Below are positions 48,038 to 57,018 of a stretch of DNA of 64,000 bases, one piece after another. A model generated the notes under the pieces. The model was not told where the DNA came from. It worked only from the letters and a program-made list of their open reading frames with translations, and did no database searches. The position numbers and the translations under genes are program-made. Source of the stretch: Minisyncoccia bacterium (lineage in GTDB: Bacteria; Patescibacteriota; Minisyncoccia; Phycocordibacterales; UBA918); NCBI GenBank assembly GCA_041742075.1, contig JBGSJJ010000015.1:1132-65131 (forward strand), written 5' to 3'. Every line of letters starts with the position of its first letter. Positions within the stretch are counted from its first letter, which is position 1.

Positions 48038-48661
48038 TTAACTATTGTTACCGAGTCGACACAAGGTAAAGTTGTTCCCTGGAAGAGCGGTGTTTATGAC
48101 TTGTGCCTTGCCACAATTTTGATTCGTCCCTTCTAGTACAAACCAGAGGCTGTATTCTTGAAAACCGGCATTGCAGGTTGCGCCCGTTTGGTTACAGGCA
48201 CTATAGGCTGGTGAAGAGTACGTTTGACCACCTTTTGACACGGTAAAATTCTGGAGTACAGAGATATATGTTGGTACCAAGGCTGTCTCGACATGCGAGG
48301 TGATGTTGCCACTTTGCAAACCAGGCACAACACCAAGAGAAACCGCCGAAGCCGGGGTACCTGCGGTTGGTATACACTGAGCTGGTGTACCCGTATAGGT
48401 GTCACCAATACAGTACGCCCGCTCTCGAAAGTTATTGGCGCTCGAGTGTCCATTCGGGTACCGCCGATTGTCTGAGTAGTAAAGCTCAAGCGCCTTACTG
48501 TATTGATCGACTTGCTGGAGTATCTGTGCGTTCCGACTTTTTTCTCGCGACTGACCAGTCGCAACGACCACAATCGAAGCCAGTACGCCGATAATAGCGA
48601 TTACGACTAAGAGCTCAATCAAGGTGAACCCCTTTGTGTAGTAAGCACGCATACCATGCAT
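48038..48661 (-). CDS. Type IV pilin-like protein
   Basis: KGFTLIELLVVIAIIGVLA and three Cys pairs; start at 48661 or 48652, abutting the transketolase stop. Confidence 0.9.
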   Translation of the reverse strand: MHGMRAYYTKGFTLIELLVVIAIIGVLASIVVVATGQSREKSRNAQILQQVDQYSKALELYYSDNRRYPNGHSSANNFRERAYCIGDTYTGTPAQCIPTAGTPASAVSLGVVPGLQSGNITSHVETALVPTYISVLQNFTVSKGGQTYSSPAYSACNQTGATCNAGFQEYSLWFVLEGTNQNCGKAQVINTALPGNNFTLCRLGNNS

Positions 48662-48662
48662 T

Positions 48663-49643
48663 TTAAATTCCCCTGATTCGCTCAAGAATACTTGCTACAT
48701 CGAGCCCAAGGTGGGCGTTCAGTTCCTGTGCGGTTCCCGACTCACCAAAACGGTCTTGGACTCCGACTTTAATAACGCGCTTTGGCATGTATTCACTATA
48801 GTACTCAGAAATGGCTCCGCCTAACCCACCAATCACCTGATGCTCTTCGATAGTTACAATCACTTCGTGCTTGGCACCAAAATCATTGAGCGCTTCGGTA
48901 TCAAGTGGTTTGATGGTTGGCATATGCAACACCGACACACCGACGCCTTCGGCATTCATAGTCTCTGCCACCTTAAGCGCAGTATGAACAAGCGTTCCCG
49001 TCACAATAATCCCAACAGTCTTTACGTGGGATGGATCTTTTTCATAAAAAACTTCAGCTACTCCAATCGCAAAGGGTGAGGCTTCCGTGGTCACGACCGG
49101 AGTTTTTTCTCGAGCAATCCGAATGTAGACTGGGCCTTCGTATTTGGCCGCAGCCAAAACGGCTTTCCGGGCTTCAATCGCATCTACCGGGGCAATCACC
49201 ACCATTTTGGGAATGACACGCATAATAGCGATATCCTCAATCGCTTGATGGGTTGCTCCGTCTGGGCCAACTGACACGCCTGCGTGTGCTCCGATTATTT
49301 TTACGTTTGATTCGTTATAGGCAATCGTGGTCCGCACCTGTTCCCAACTTCGGCCTGGTGAAAACATAGCGTAGGAAGCAATAAAAGGTATCTTCCCCAT
49401 CGCTGCCATACCAGAAGCGACTGAAGCCATGTTTTGTTCGGCTATCCCTACCTGCACAAACCGTTCTGGAAACGCTTCCGCAAACAGATTGGTTCTGGTC
49501 GACTCGGTTAAGTCAGCCGACAGCGCGACGACTCGCTCGTCACGCTCACCAGCCAACCGTAAACCCTCGCCATACCCTTCACGGTTTGGCGTCTCTGTTA
49601 CGTTGTCGGTACATACATTTTTATCTAGGTGTTTTGCAAACAT
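48663..49643 (-). CDS. tkt: Transketolase, C-terminal subunit
   Basis: GIAEQNM, GPDGATHQ, GPVYIR, EEHQVIGGLG. Confidence 0.93.
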   Translation of the reverse strand: MFAKHLDKNVCTDNVTETPNREGYGEGLRLAGERDERVVALSADLTESTRTNLFAEAFPERFVQVGIAEQNMASVASGMAAMGKIPFIASYAMFSPGRSWEQVRTTIAYNESNVKIIGAHAGVSVGPDGATHQAIEDIAIMRVIPKMVVIAPVDAIEARKAVLAAAKYEGPVYIRIAREKTPVVTTEASPFAIGVAEVFYEKDPSHVKTVGIIVTGTLVHTALKVAETMNAEGVGVSVLHMPTIKPLDTEALNDFGAKHEVIVTIEEHQVIGGLGGAISEYYSEYMPKRVIKVGVQDRFGESGTAQELNAHLGLDVASILERIRGI

Positions 49644-49652
49644 ACTACATTA

Positions 49653-50549
49653 TTATGAGTCAGCTTTAGGAATGGTGCCGGCCAAAGTTCGCAATTTTTG
49701 AAGTGCTACACTTGCTTGCTCACTTTTTGGAACCCGGTCTTCCGGCCCCTTACCCGGCGGATTACCATGCCACCTAAAGTCTCTTTCAAACACATCAACC
49801 CCCTTAGACGGAATGGTGTGGGCGATAATCACTGAAGGCTTTCCATACAAAGACTGTGCTTTGCCGATAGCGTCGTTCACCATACGGATATTGTGTCCAT
49901 CGACTTCTTGCACGTCAAAATTGAAAGCTTCAAACTTATTTCGCAATGACTCAAGTGGCATCACGTCCATGGTGTAACCGTCTATCTGGATACCGTTTCT
50001 ATCAACAATCACAATCAAGTTGTGGAGTTTTTCTTTACCCGCAAGCATCGCCGCCTCCCAGATTTGCCCTTCGTTGAGTTCGCCGTCACCCGTAATGCAG
50101 TAGATGTACTTTGAGGAATACTCATTATTCATACGTTCCGCTATCGCCATACCGACTGCTTGTGAGAGTCCACTACCTAAGGGGCCAGAGCTCGTCTCAA
50201 GTCCAGGCAGTGCTACCCGATGTGGGTGGCCTTGGAGTCTTGATCCAAACTTACGCAGTGTGAGTAGTTCTTCAACCGGGAAGTACCCGCTATGAGCAAG
50301 CGTGGCATACAGAACCGGGCAAATATGCCCCGCCGATAACACGAGTCTATCGCGGTCTTCCCAGGCGGGATCTTTTGGGTTATGGCGAAGCACACGAAAA
50401 TACAGGAGCGCAAATATATCTGCCATATCAAGCGGACCAGCGGTGTGACCACTGCCAGCCGCCACGAGCATTTCAATAATGCTTTGCCTGATGGTGTTAG
50501 CAGTCAGCTCAAGCGAGTGAACCTCAGTTTCAGTAAGATAATGCATCAT
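49653..50549 (-). CDS. tkt: Transketolase, N-terminal subunit
   Basis: SGH, RDRLVLSAGH, LQGHP and TPP motif GDGELNEGQIWEA...DRN. Confidence 0.93.
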   Translation of the reverse strand: MMHYLTETEVHSLELTANTIRQSIIEMLVAAGSGHTAGPLDMADIFALLYFRVLRHNPKDPAWEDRDRLVLSAGHICPVLYATLAHSGYFPVEELLTLRKFGSRLQGHPHRVALPGLETSSGPLGSGLSQAVGMAIAERMNNEYSSKYIYCITGDGELNEGQIWEAAMLAGKEKLHNLIVIVDRNGIQIDGYTMDVMPLESLRNKFEAFNFDVQEVDGHNIRMVNDAIGKAQSLYGKPSVIIAHTIPSKGVDVFERDFRWHGNPPGKGPEDRVPKSEQASVALQKLRTLAGTIPKADS

Positions 50550-50567
50550 GACTGTAGTATACCGTAC

Positions 50568-51239
50568 CTACACACCAATCAGGGCACAAAGTTGTTTATA
50601 GGCTTCGGCCGGACTATCGGCTTTCGCTACCGCCGAGCCGGGCGCAAAGCGATTCACTCCAGCCTCTTTGAGTGGGAGAATAGTGTGTTCGTTTACCGCA
50701 CCGTCGACACTTATCGGAAGGTTTGGGTAAGTAGTGCGAAGCCTTGAAACAGTGGCCAAGGTTCGCTCATCAAACGGGAGTCCTTGCTTCCCCACTGTTT
50801 TAATTCCCATCACTTGGACAAAGTCTACTTGAGGGAGGTACTTTTCAACATCGCTCAGATCGACGTCGTTCGTGAATGCAAGCCCGAGCGTGTAGCCGTG
50901 CTCACGGGCGTGACTAATTATTTCTTCGTAGGCTGTTGTGCTCCCGTAGTGAATAATGATTCTTCGCACGCCACAACTAAGCAGTGTTCCAAAATACTGT
51001 TCTGGTGCTGTGACCATGCAGTCAACTTCAAGTTCAAAGTCAACCGAGAGCTCTTTGAGCTTGAGCAACTCATGATGGACATCGGTCGGCTCGGTAAATG
51101 GCCACGAGGTACTTGTGACAAACTCACCATCAACGATGTCTACCTGGAGGCTTTTAGCGGTACCCAGAAGAGCTGTAGCAAGTGCCTGTAGTTCAGCAAA
51201 CGAACTCGCTGGCAGTGATGGAATGACGGTATACTCCAT
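50568..51239 (-). CDS. rpe: Ribulose-phosphate 3-epimerase (divergent)
   Basis: QVDIVDGEFV, VQVMG...GKQG, ISVDGAVN, GSA; sits between rpiB and tkt. Confidence 0.85.
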   Translation of the reverse strand: MEYTVIPSLPASSFAELQALATALLGTAKSLQVDIVDGEFVTSTSWPFTEPTDVHHELLKLKELSVDFELEVDCMVTAPEQYFGTLLSCGVRRIIIHYGSTTAYEEIISHAREHGYTLGLAFTNDVDLSDVEKYLPQVDFVQVMGIKTVGKQGLPFDERTLATVSRLRTTYPNLPISVDGAVNEHTILPLKEAGVNRFAPGSAVAKADSPAEAYKQLCALIGV

Positions 51240-51242
51240 GAG

Positions 51243-51698
51243 TTATTCTAACGCATCAATTTTATTAATCCGACGCGTATGGCGCTCCTCCCCGGTAAAC
51301 GATGTCGTGAGCCACTCTGCTACCGCTTCTTTGGCCTCCTCCTCCGAAACAAACCTGGCACCGAGCGAAAGCACATTGGCGTCGTTGTGCTCACGTGAGA
51401 GCGCAATAATCTCTCGAACACCCCCGTAGTAAACGGTTGCACGTATTCCCTTAAAGCGATTGGCTACCATGGCTTCACCCTGACCAGAACCACCCAGAAT
51501 AATCCCAAGACTGCCTGACGCCTTCTGCACCCGCTCGATTGCCAGCTTTATAAAATCTGGGTAATCATCAGTTTCGTTAAACCCTGTTGCGCCACAGTCA
51601 ACGACAGTAAAACCGAGCTCCGTACTCACGAACGGCACTAACACATTCTTCAGTTCAAAACCGGCATGGTCAGTCGCAAAGTAAATGGTCGGTTTCAT
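51243..51698 (-). CDS. rpiB: Ribose-5-phosphate isomerase B
   Basis: TDHAGFELK, DDYPD, GGSGQGE, REHNDANVLSLGAR, RHTRR. Confidence 0.93.
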   Translation of the reverse strand: MKPTIYFATDHAGFELKNVLVPFVSTELGFTVVDCGATGFNETDDYPDFIKLAIERVQKASGSLGIILGGSGQGEAMVANRFKGIRATVYYGGVREIIALSREHNDANVLSLGARFVSEEEAKEAVAEWLTTSFTGEERHTRRINKIDALE

Positions 51699-51712
51699 GA
51701 GTTGTTTTAAAT

Positions 51713-52753
51713 CTAGCGTCCCCCTTTTTGGTTAAAAAACCGAGCCAGTGCTCCCACCTGTTCAACAAGCGTGTGTGTGTAGCTTGTTTCGTTGTCATAC
51801 CAAGCCAGCACCTTCACTAAGTTACCGTCAACCACTCGCGTCATCTCAAGGTCGGCGATAGAGGCGTAGCGGGCTCCTATGATGTCAGAGGAAACAATCT
51901 GCTCGTTCGTCACTGCAAAAATATTACCCCACTGTTTACTACTTGCCCCAGCCGTGAGCGCACCATTTACTTCCTCAACGGTAGTTGGTCGTGATGCAAT
52001 AAAGGTAACGTCAACCAGTGAACCGACCACCACCGGCACCCGGACCGCAATCCCATCGAACTTGCCCGCGAGTTCAGTGTGGACAAGCGTAGTAGCCACT
52101 GCCGCTCCGGTTGAAGACGGGATAATGTTCTGAGCCGCTGCACGCCCGCCTCGAAAATCTTTTTTACTTGGACCGTCAACGAGTGACTGTGAAGCCGTAT
52201 ACGCGTGAGTGGTGTTGAGAACAGCCTTTTCAATACCGATGGCTTCTTTAAGGATACCGATGAGTGGACTGGTGGCGTTCGTGGTACATGACGCGTTACT
52301 CACAATATCGCAGGTGGTCAAAATTTCGTCGTTGGCTCCCATGAGCACCGTCGCTCCAGTTATACCGACAGCGGTCGGATCGTCTTTTACTGGCGCTGAG
52401 ATAACAACTCGTTTTGCTCCCGCGGTAAGGTGAGCTTTTGACTTTTCATAGCTCGTGAAGAAGCCGGTAGATTCTACCACCACGTCGATATCCATATCCT
52501 TCCACGGAAGCAAAAGCGGATCACGTTCACTAATCACCCGTACCTCTTTGCCGTTTATAATGAGGGCTGAGTCACTAAAACTCACCTCAAAATCTGCCCG
52601 CCCATACGCAGTATCGTACTTCATCAGGTACGCAATGTTCTCTATATCACCGAGGTCATTGACTGCGACTACCTCAAAGTCAGGATTATCAAAAGCCATC
52701 CGAAAAAAAGTCCGGCCAATTCTTCCAAAACCATTAATTGCTACTCGTGCCAT
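51713..52753 (-). CDS. gap: Glyceraldehyde-3-phosphate dehydrogenase
   Basis: INGFGRIGR, SNASCTTN, WYDNE. Confidence 0.97.
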   Translation of the reverse strand: MARVAINGFGRIGRTFFRMAFDNPDFEVVAVNDLGDIENIAYLMKYDTAYGRADFEVSFSDSALIINGKEVRVISERDPLLLPWKDMDIDVVVESTGFFTSYEKSKAHLTAGAKRVVISAPVKDDPTAVGITGATVLMGANDEILTTCDIVSNASCTTNATSPLIGILKEAIGIEKAVLNTTHAYTASQSLVDGPSKKDFRGGRAAAQNIIPSSTGAAVATTLVHTELAGKFDGIAVRVPVVVGSLVDVTFIASRPTTVEEVNGALTAGASSKQWGNIFAVTNEQIVSSDIIGARYASIADLEMTRVVDGNLVKVLAWYDNETSYTHTLVEQVGALARFFNQKGGR

Positions 52754-52801
52754 ATAAATATACTGCTTATTACTAACTACCGCTTAGTATACGGCACCAG
52801 G

Positions 52802-54373
52802 TTACTTTTCTACAGCCTCGTTATCCTCACGACGACGCCGGCCGAAAAGTATAAAGCGGAGCGTTATAAGTGCCAAAATAATTAAGAGTAGCCACAGCAG
52901 GATGCGGAGCAACACTTCCCTCTCTTCGGTTGGCACCACTGGTTCACTCAGCGGAGTTGCTTTCGATACTTCAACCAGGCCCGCAAAATTCATTATTTCA
53001 TTCGCAAAGACATTGAACACACTAAAGGTAACCTCGTACTCGCCCGCTTCAGGCAACGCCGCTAACGTAGCTTCGTAGTAGGTAAAATCCTGGTTGGCGC
53101 GCAGGAGAAATGAGAAGACTTGTTGCTTGAGAGTTGGGTGTGTAAGCGTGACGGTAATCACTTTGAGTTGTTGGGGAAATAGCTCATACGGGATACGTAC
53201 GGTAAACGGATTATTTTGAGCTATCTGGAGAGCACCGTCTTTGAGAGGCATCACTTTACCATTTTGTACTATTTCTACTTGCGTAAAATCAATCCCCGGC
53301 ACACCCGGTGTGGTACTCGCTACGGGTAAACCGTCAGGTTCTTCGCTTGGCACAACACCTGCCTTACGAGCAATCGCGATGGCTCCAGAAGAACGGTTTC
53401 CTGACGAGTCGTAGGAAAATATAGTGTAGTACTGGGTACCGTGCTTAGACAGTGCCTCCATGTCTCTAAAAGAAGACGCTCTTCCTTCATACACTAAATA
53501 GCCATCATTTGGATCTACTGGGAAAAACAAGTGGTTACGGAGGATTCGTACATAGGAAAAATCGTTTTCAGTCGGAAGCGTCCAGTTTAAAAATACATCG
53601 TCAGTAATCGGTTGAGCAGTAAAAAAAGAAACGTTCGCTGGTGCGTCTGTATCAACCTCATCGCTCGTAGTAAAAGAGTCCCGTTTGAGTAAGACTTCTC
53701 TACCAAAGCGGTCATAGCCAAAAAGTTCATACTCATACCGAGTGCCCGGGGTAAGACCAGTCAACATGGTTTCGTGAGACTTAGCAAAGACGTTACTTTT
53801 GATTGAGCTCCCATCATAGACACTCGCTTCCCCGTACCTAAGCAAATACTGTACAGCTGAACTGGTTTCAAAAACAACCCTTGCTCCATTGGTACTTGGT
53901 GTGAGAGAAAAACTCGTCAGTGAAGCCGGAACTCGCGTACTGGGGTTTTGTGTGTCGGTAGAAGTTGCAGTAGGAGTTGGCGGGGGTAACGCAAACGTAC
54001 TCGTCGCCGAAGCCAGCGAGGAGCTTGAAAAATTAGAAAAACCGTCAAAGGCGACGACCGTATAACTATAGGTCGTACTTGCCGTTAGTCCGGTATCGGA
54101 AAAATTCAAAAGGGCTGTGGTAGTAATTAAGACCGCGTCACGATACAGCTGGTAGCCCGTCACTCCAGTGTCATCGGTTGAACTCGCCCATACTATATCT
54201 ATCTGGCTAGTCGCTATCGGAGTAGTCACCACGCCGGTTGGCGTGGTTGGTGCACCGGTATCAGTACCAATCAGCGTCCGCATGATTACGTTTGCATCGC
54301 TTGATGCCGCGAAAACCGGTACGGCCAGAAGTATACCGAGAGTAATTATGCTAATTCTAAAACACTGACTCAT
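52802..54373 (-). CDS. Surface protein: signal peptide, FN3/Ig domains, C-terminal TM and basic tail
   Basis: DTGAPTTP...WASSTDDTGVTGYQLYRD (FN3), further Ig domains, LLRILLWLLLIILALITL-RRRR; start overlaps the upstream stop (ATGA). Confidence 0.8.
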   Translation of the reverse strand: MSQCFRISIITLGILLAVPVFAASSDANVIMRTLIGTDTGAPTTPTGVVTTPIATSQIDIVWASSTDDTGVTGYQLYRDAVLITTTALLNFSDTGLTASTTYSYTVVAFDGFSNFSSSSLASATSTFALPPPTPTATSTDTQNPSTRVPASLTSFSLTPSTNGARVVFETSSAVQYLLRYGEASVYDGSSIKSNVFAKSHETMLTGLTPGTRYEYELFGYDRFGREVLLKRDSFTTSDEVDTDAPANVSFFTAQPITDDVFLNWTLPTENDFSYVRILRNHLFFPVDPNDGYLVYEGRASSFRDMEALSKHGTQYYTIFSYDSSGNRSSGAIAIARKAGVVPSEEPDGLPVASTTPGVPGIDFTQVEIVQNGKVMPLKDGALQIAQNNPFTVRIPYELFPQQLKVITVTLTHPTLKQQVFSFLLRANQDFTYYEATLAALPEAGEYEVTFSVFNVFANEIMNFAGLVEVSKATPLSEPVVPTEEREVLLRILLWLLLIILALITLRFILFGRRRREDNEAVEK

Positions 54374-55134
54374 AGGGCGATAGCGGTGAGGGTGGTGGTG
54401 GCGATATATGTTCCCGGCGCCTGGTTTACACTCCCTCCTATCCCGACTCTAAACAGAATCGTTGTTGTAGCGCCAAGCGGGTGGTTCGAGCCATTTTTGG
54501 TGGCAATGACTTTAGTCGTTGTCGCTAGACCATCCCAACAGGTACTCGCTGAATTACCCGTACCACTGTTACAGTTGCCGGCTAAATCGAGGTAACGACT
54601 CGCAACATCTGCCCCCTCAGGCGAAAACCCGAGTTGAGAATCCGTTGCGTCAGTCGTAAAGGTGAAGTCAGGATTAGCTCCGGTCGGTACATAATCTAAA
54701 ATAGTGTTGGCGCCACTTTGGAGTGCCGGCGTAGTGGCAGACTGAATCATCAAAGCATAGCCCGCTGGGCTATCGGTAATCACGGTCACGGTCGTTGAAC
54801 CATTGGCTGTACCGCCACTAATACCTCCAATACTTGGTGAAAGTACGGTGGTCGTAGCCCCGGAAATAGAAATAAACACCTCTTGCATTTGCTGGTAACC
54901 AGCCCGGAGTTGGTAGTTCGTACTACCAGAATCGCCACTCCCTATCTCACCACCAGTCGATTCAAGAGAGTAGTTTGAAGAATTACTGAGTCCCCCGCTC
55001 GCATTGATACTATCACTCTGTATCGAGTAGTTGGTGCTCTGCATCACCGCGCCGTGGGCCACACTAATGAGTAGCGCAAAAATGAACGCTGTGCCGATTC
55101 CCTGAAAAATTGTACGAAAAGAACTAGTCCACAT
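54370..55134 (-). CDS. Secreted WxL/Csu-like beta-sandwich subunit (paralog 2)
   Basis: Signal peptide, three S(T/S)NY repeats, then a domain ending PGTYIATTTLTAI; homologous to 56224-56928. Confidence 0.65.
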   Translation of the reverse strand: MWTSSFRTIFQGIGTAFIFALLISVAHGAVMQSTNYSIQSDSINASGGLSNSSNYSLESTGGEIGSGDSGSTNYQLRAGYQQMQEVFISISGATTTVLSPSIGGISGGTANGSTTVTVITDSPAGYALMIQSATTPALQSGANTILDYVPTGANPDFTFTTDATDSQLGFSPEGADVASRYLDLAGNCNSGTGNSASTCWDGLATTTKVIATKNGSNHPLGATTTILFRVGIGGSVNQAPGTYIATTTLTAIAL

Positions 55135-55142
55135 GCTATTTC

Positions 55143-56204
55143 TTACGATTTACGTTTAAACTCGAAGCGAGAGAAAATAAACCGTATAAAAATAAAGAGA
55201 AAGACGAAAGACGCAAAAATGAGCGCAATTATTTTGAGAGGCAGAACGTAAAATACCACTGAGGCTTCATCAATAGCGTTATTATACCCTCGATTGACAT
55301 AGGCTTTGGCGACGTACCGACCCATCAGTAAATCTCGATTCCAGGTTATTTCACGAAGCCGAAGAGAGGCTGGCATAGCAAACCACGGATCAAGCACCTC
55401 AAAGCCAACCTCATCGCCCAGCATGTTAAAAATACGAATCTCTCCGTATGGATTAAGGTGAACTGAGCCAGTGTTTTCATACACTAGTCCAAAGGAAATC
55501 GGACCCTTCCCGTAAAACTTTTTATTTCCCAAGGTCGTAAAGGATTCAAGCTGACCAGAACGCTCAATATCACCAGGTGTGGTGACAAAGAAGAGTGTCC
55601 CAACACGGCTCACAATCGCTGAGGCCGCTGCCGCTCCACTGCTTCCATCGAGATCTGCTTCTCGACTTACCGTTGACACCACCACACTACCATAACGACC
55701 ACCCGGTTCAGCGTCAGCTGGTAAACTCACCGTCACAGGGATTCGTGCCCGCACTCCATGTTCAAGTTCAAACTCCGTTTTAGAAATCTGTATGTAGTCA
55801 CGCAAGGTATACGGACCTCGTTCTGACCCTAAGAGAGTAATGGCAGATGAACCATCAGTTGAACCAGCAGTGTCTTCTATGTCGAGCTTAAACCGCTTTG
55901 GTTCACTCATTCGGTTGGTGACCACAAGTTCGACGGTGCGTGACTGGCCAGGCGCAAGTTCAAGCTCTACTTTGCCAGGACCAACGACGAAGTCATTAAA
56001 AACCTCTTGGTTAGGTAGTACATCACGAGCATACGGGTCAGAGGTTGCTACAGCTACTTCGGACGAAGTACTGACTTCTGTCTCTAGCGGAGTATTTTCT
56101 CCTTCAGTTTCACTCTGGGCTAGGCCAAGAAGCGGAAAGAACGTCAGCGTTAGTACAACCAAAAGTAGTAGCGCAACTGCGCGGTTATGGAGCGAAGTTG
56201 TCAT
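55143..56204 (-). CDS. DUF916/CscA-like two-Ig-domain protein with C-terminal TM (chaperone candidate)
   Basis: VGPGKVELELAPG...VTN, VSLPADAEPGGRYGSV, YENTGSVHLNPYGEIRI, GRYVA, then TM. Confidence 0.7.
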   Translation of the reverse strand: MTTSLHNRAVALLLLVVLTLTFFPLLGLAQSETEGENTPLETEVSTSSEVAVATSDPYARDVLPNQEVFNDFVVGPGKVELELAPGQSRTVELVVTNRMSEPKRFKLDIEDTAGSTDGSSAITLLGSERGPYTLRDYIQISKTEFELEHGVRARIPVTVSLPADAEPGGRYGSVVVSTVSREADLDGSSGAAAASAIVSRVGTLFFVTTPGDIERSGQLESFTTLGNKKFYGKGPISFGLVYENTGSVHLNPYGEIRIFNMLGDEVGFEVLDPWFAMPASLRLREITWNRDLLMGRYVAKAYVNRGYNNAIDEASVVFYVLPLKIIALIFASFVFLFIFIRFIFSRFEFKRKS

Positions 56205-56223
56205 AAGTAACTAGAATTGTAGT

Positions 56224-56928
56224 TTAGTTTTCAGTCGCGGTCAACGTAGCTGTTGCAGTGTAAAAACCAGTCGGAAGTGCTGGAATTGGGTTGGCATCTA
56301 CACCCACCTTAAAAGTCAGAGTGGTAGTCGCTGAACCCACCGTTGCATCAGGGCGGTTTATGATTGTGACCGCGGTAGAGCTTGCATCCGGAACATTGTA
56401 CCAGCAACTTCCAGCAGTTGGAGTACCAGCACCGTTGTTACAGGTGGTATTTACTTCGAACAAAGCTACAGAATCGTCAGCGTCCGTAGGAAATACTGAG
56501 TAGGCAAACTCAGCTGTGCCGGTTGGTATGGCAAACGCAAGGTCTGGTGTACCTGGAGTAACCGGTGTGTAGTTAGAAATAAATCCTCCCCCTGAGCCTT
56601 CACGGTTCATGGCAGTGGAACTAGAAAATCGGATGGTCATGTTGTATCCCGTTGGATTGTTGGCGCGTACTGCTACGGTCGCTGTTCCGTTACTGATACC
56701 TCCCGTAAGCCCAGAGATGTTTGGTGTCATAGCTACGTCTGTAGCGGTAGTAACAAACGCAATTTCACCAAGAATTTGTTGACGCACGGTGAATGTGTCC
56801 ACATCAGAATCTTGAGCAATCATTACTTGTGGCTCAAAGAGGAAGTACGACGCGAGGACCAGTGTCGTGGCAATAAGACCAGCCAGTACAGCCGGAAATA
56901 GGTGTGAGCGTTGTAGTAATGATTTCAT
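56224..56928 (-). CDS. Secreted WxL/Csu-like beta-sandwich subunit (paralog 1)
   Basis: Hydrophobic N-terminus, VAVRANNPTGYNMTI, Cys pair, ends PTGFYTATATLTAT. Confidence 0.65.
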   Translation of the reverse strand: MKSLLQRSHLFPAVLAGLIATTLVLASYFLFEPQVMIAQDSDVDTFTVRQQILGEIAFVTTATDVAMTPNISGLTGGISNGTATVAVRANNPTGYNMTIRFSSSTAMNREGSGGGFISNYTPVTPGTPDLAFAIPTGTAEFAYSVFPTDADDSVALFEVNTTCNNGAGTPTAGSCWYNVPDASSTAVTIINRPDATVGSATTTLTFKVGVDANPIPALPTGFYTATATLTATEN

Positions 56929-57018
56929 AATGATGTTTAATTTGTTTTATTAATTGTACCTTCTTTTAACTATGATTTTTAACGTATTTTAGCGATACCT
57001 GTGGACAATCTACCGACT

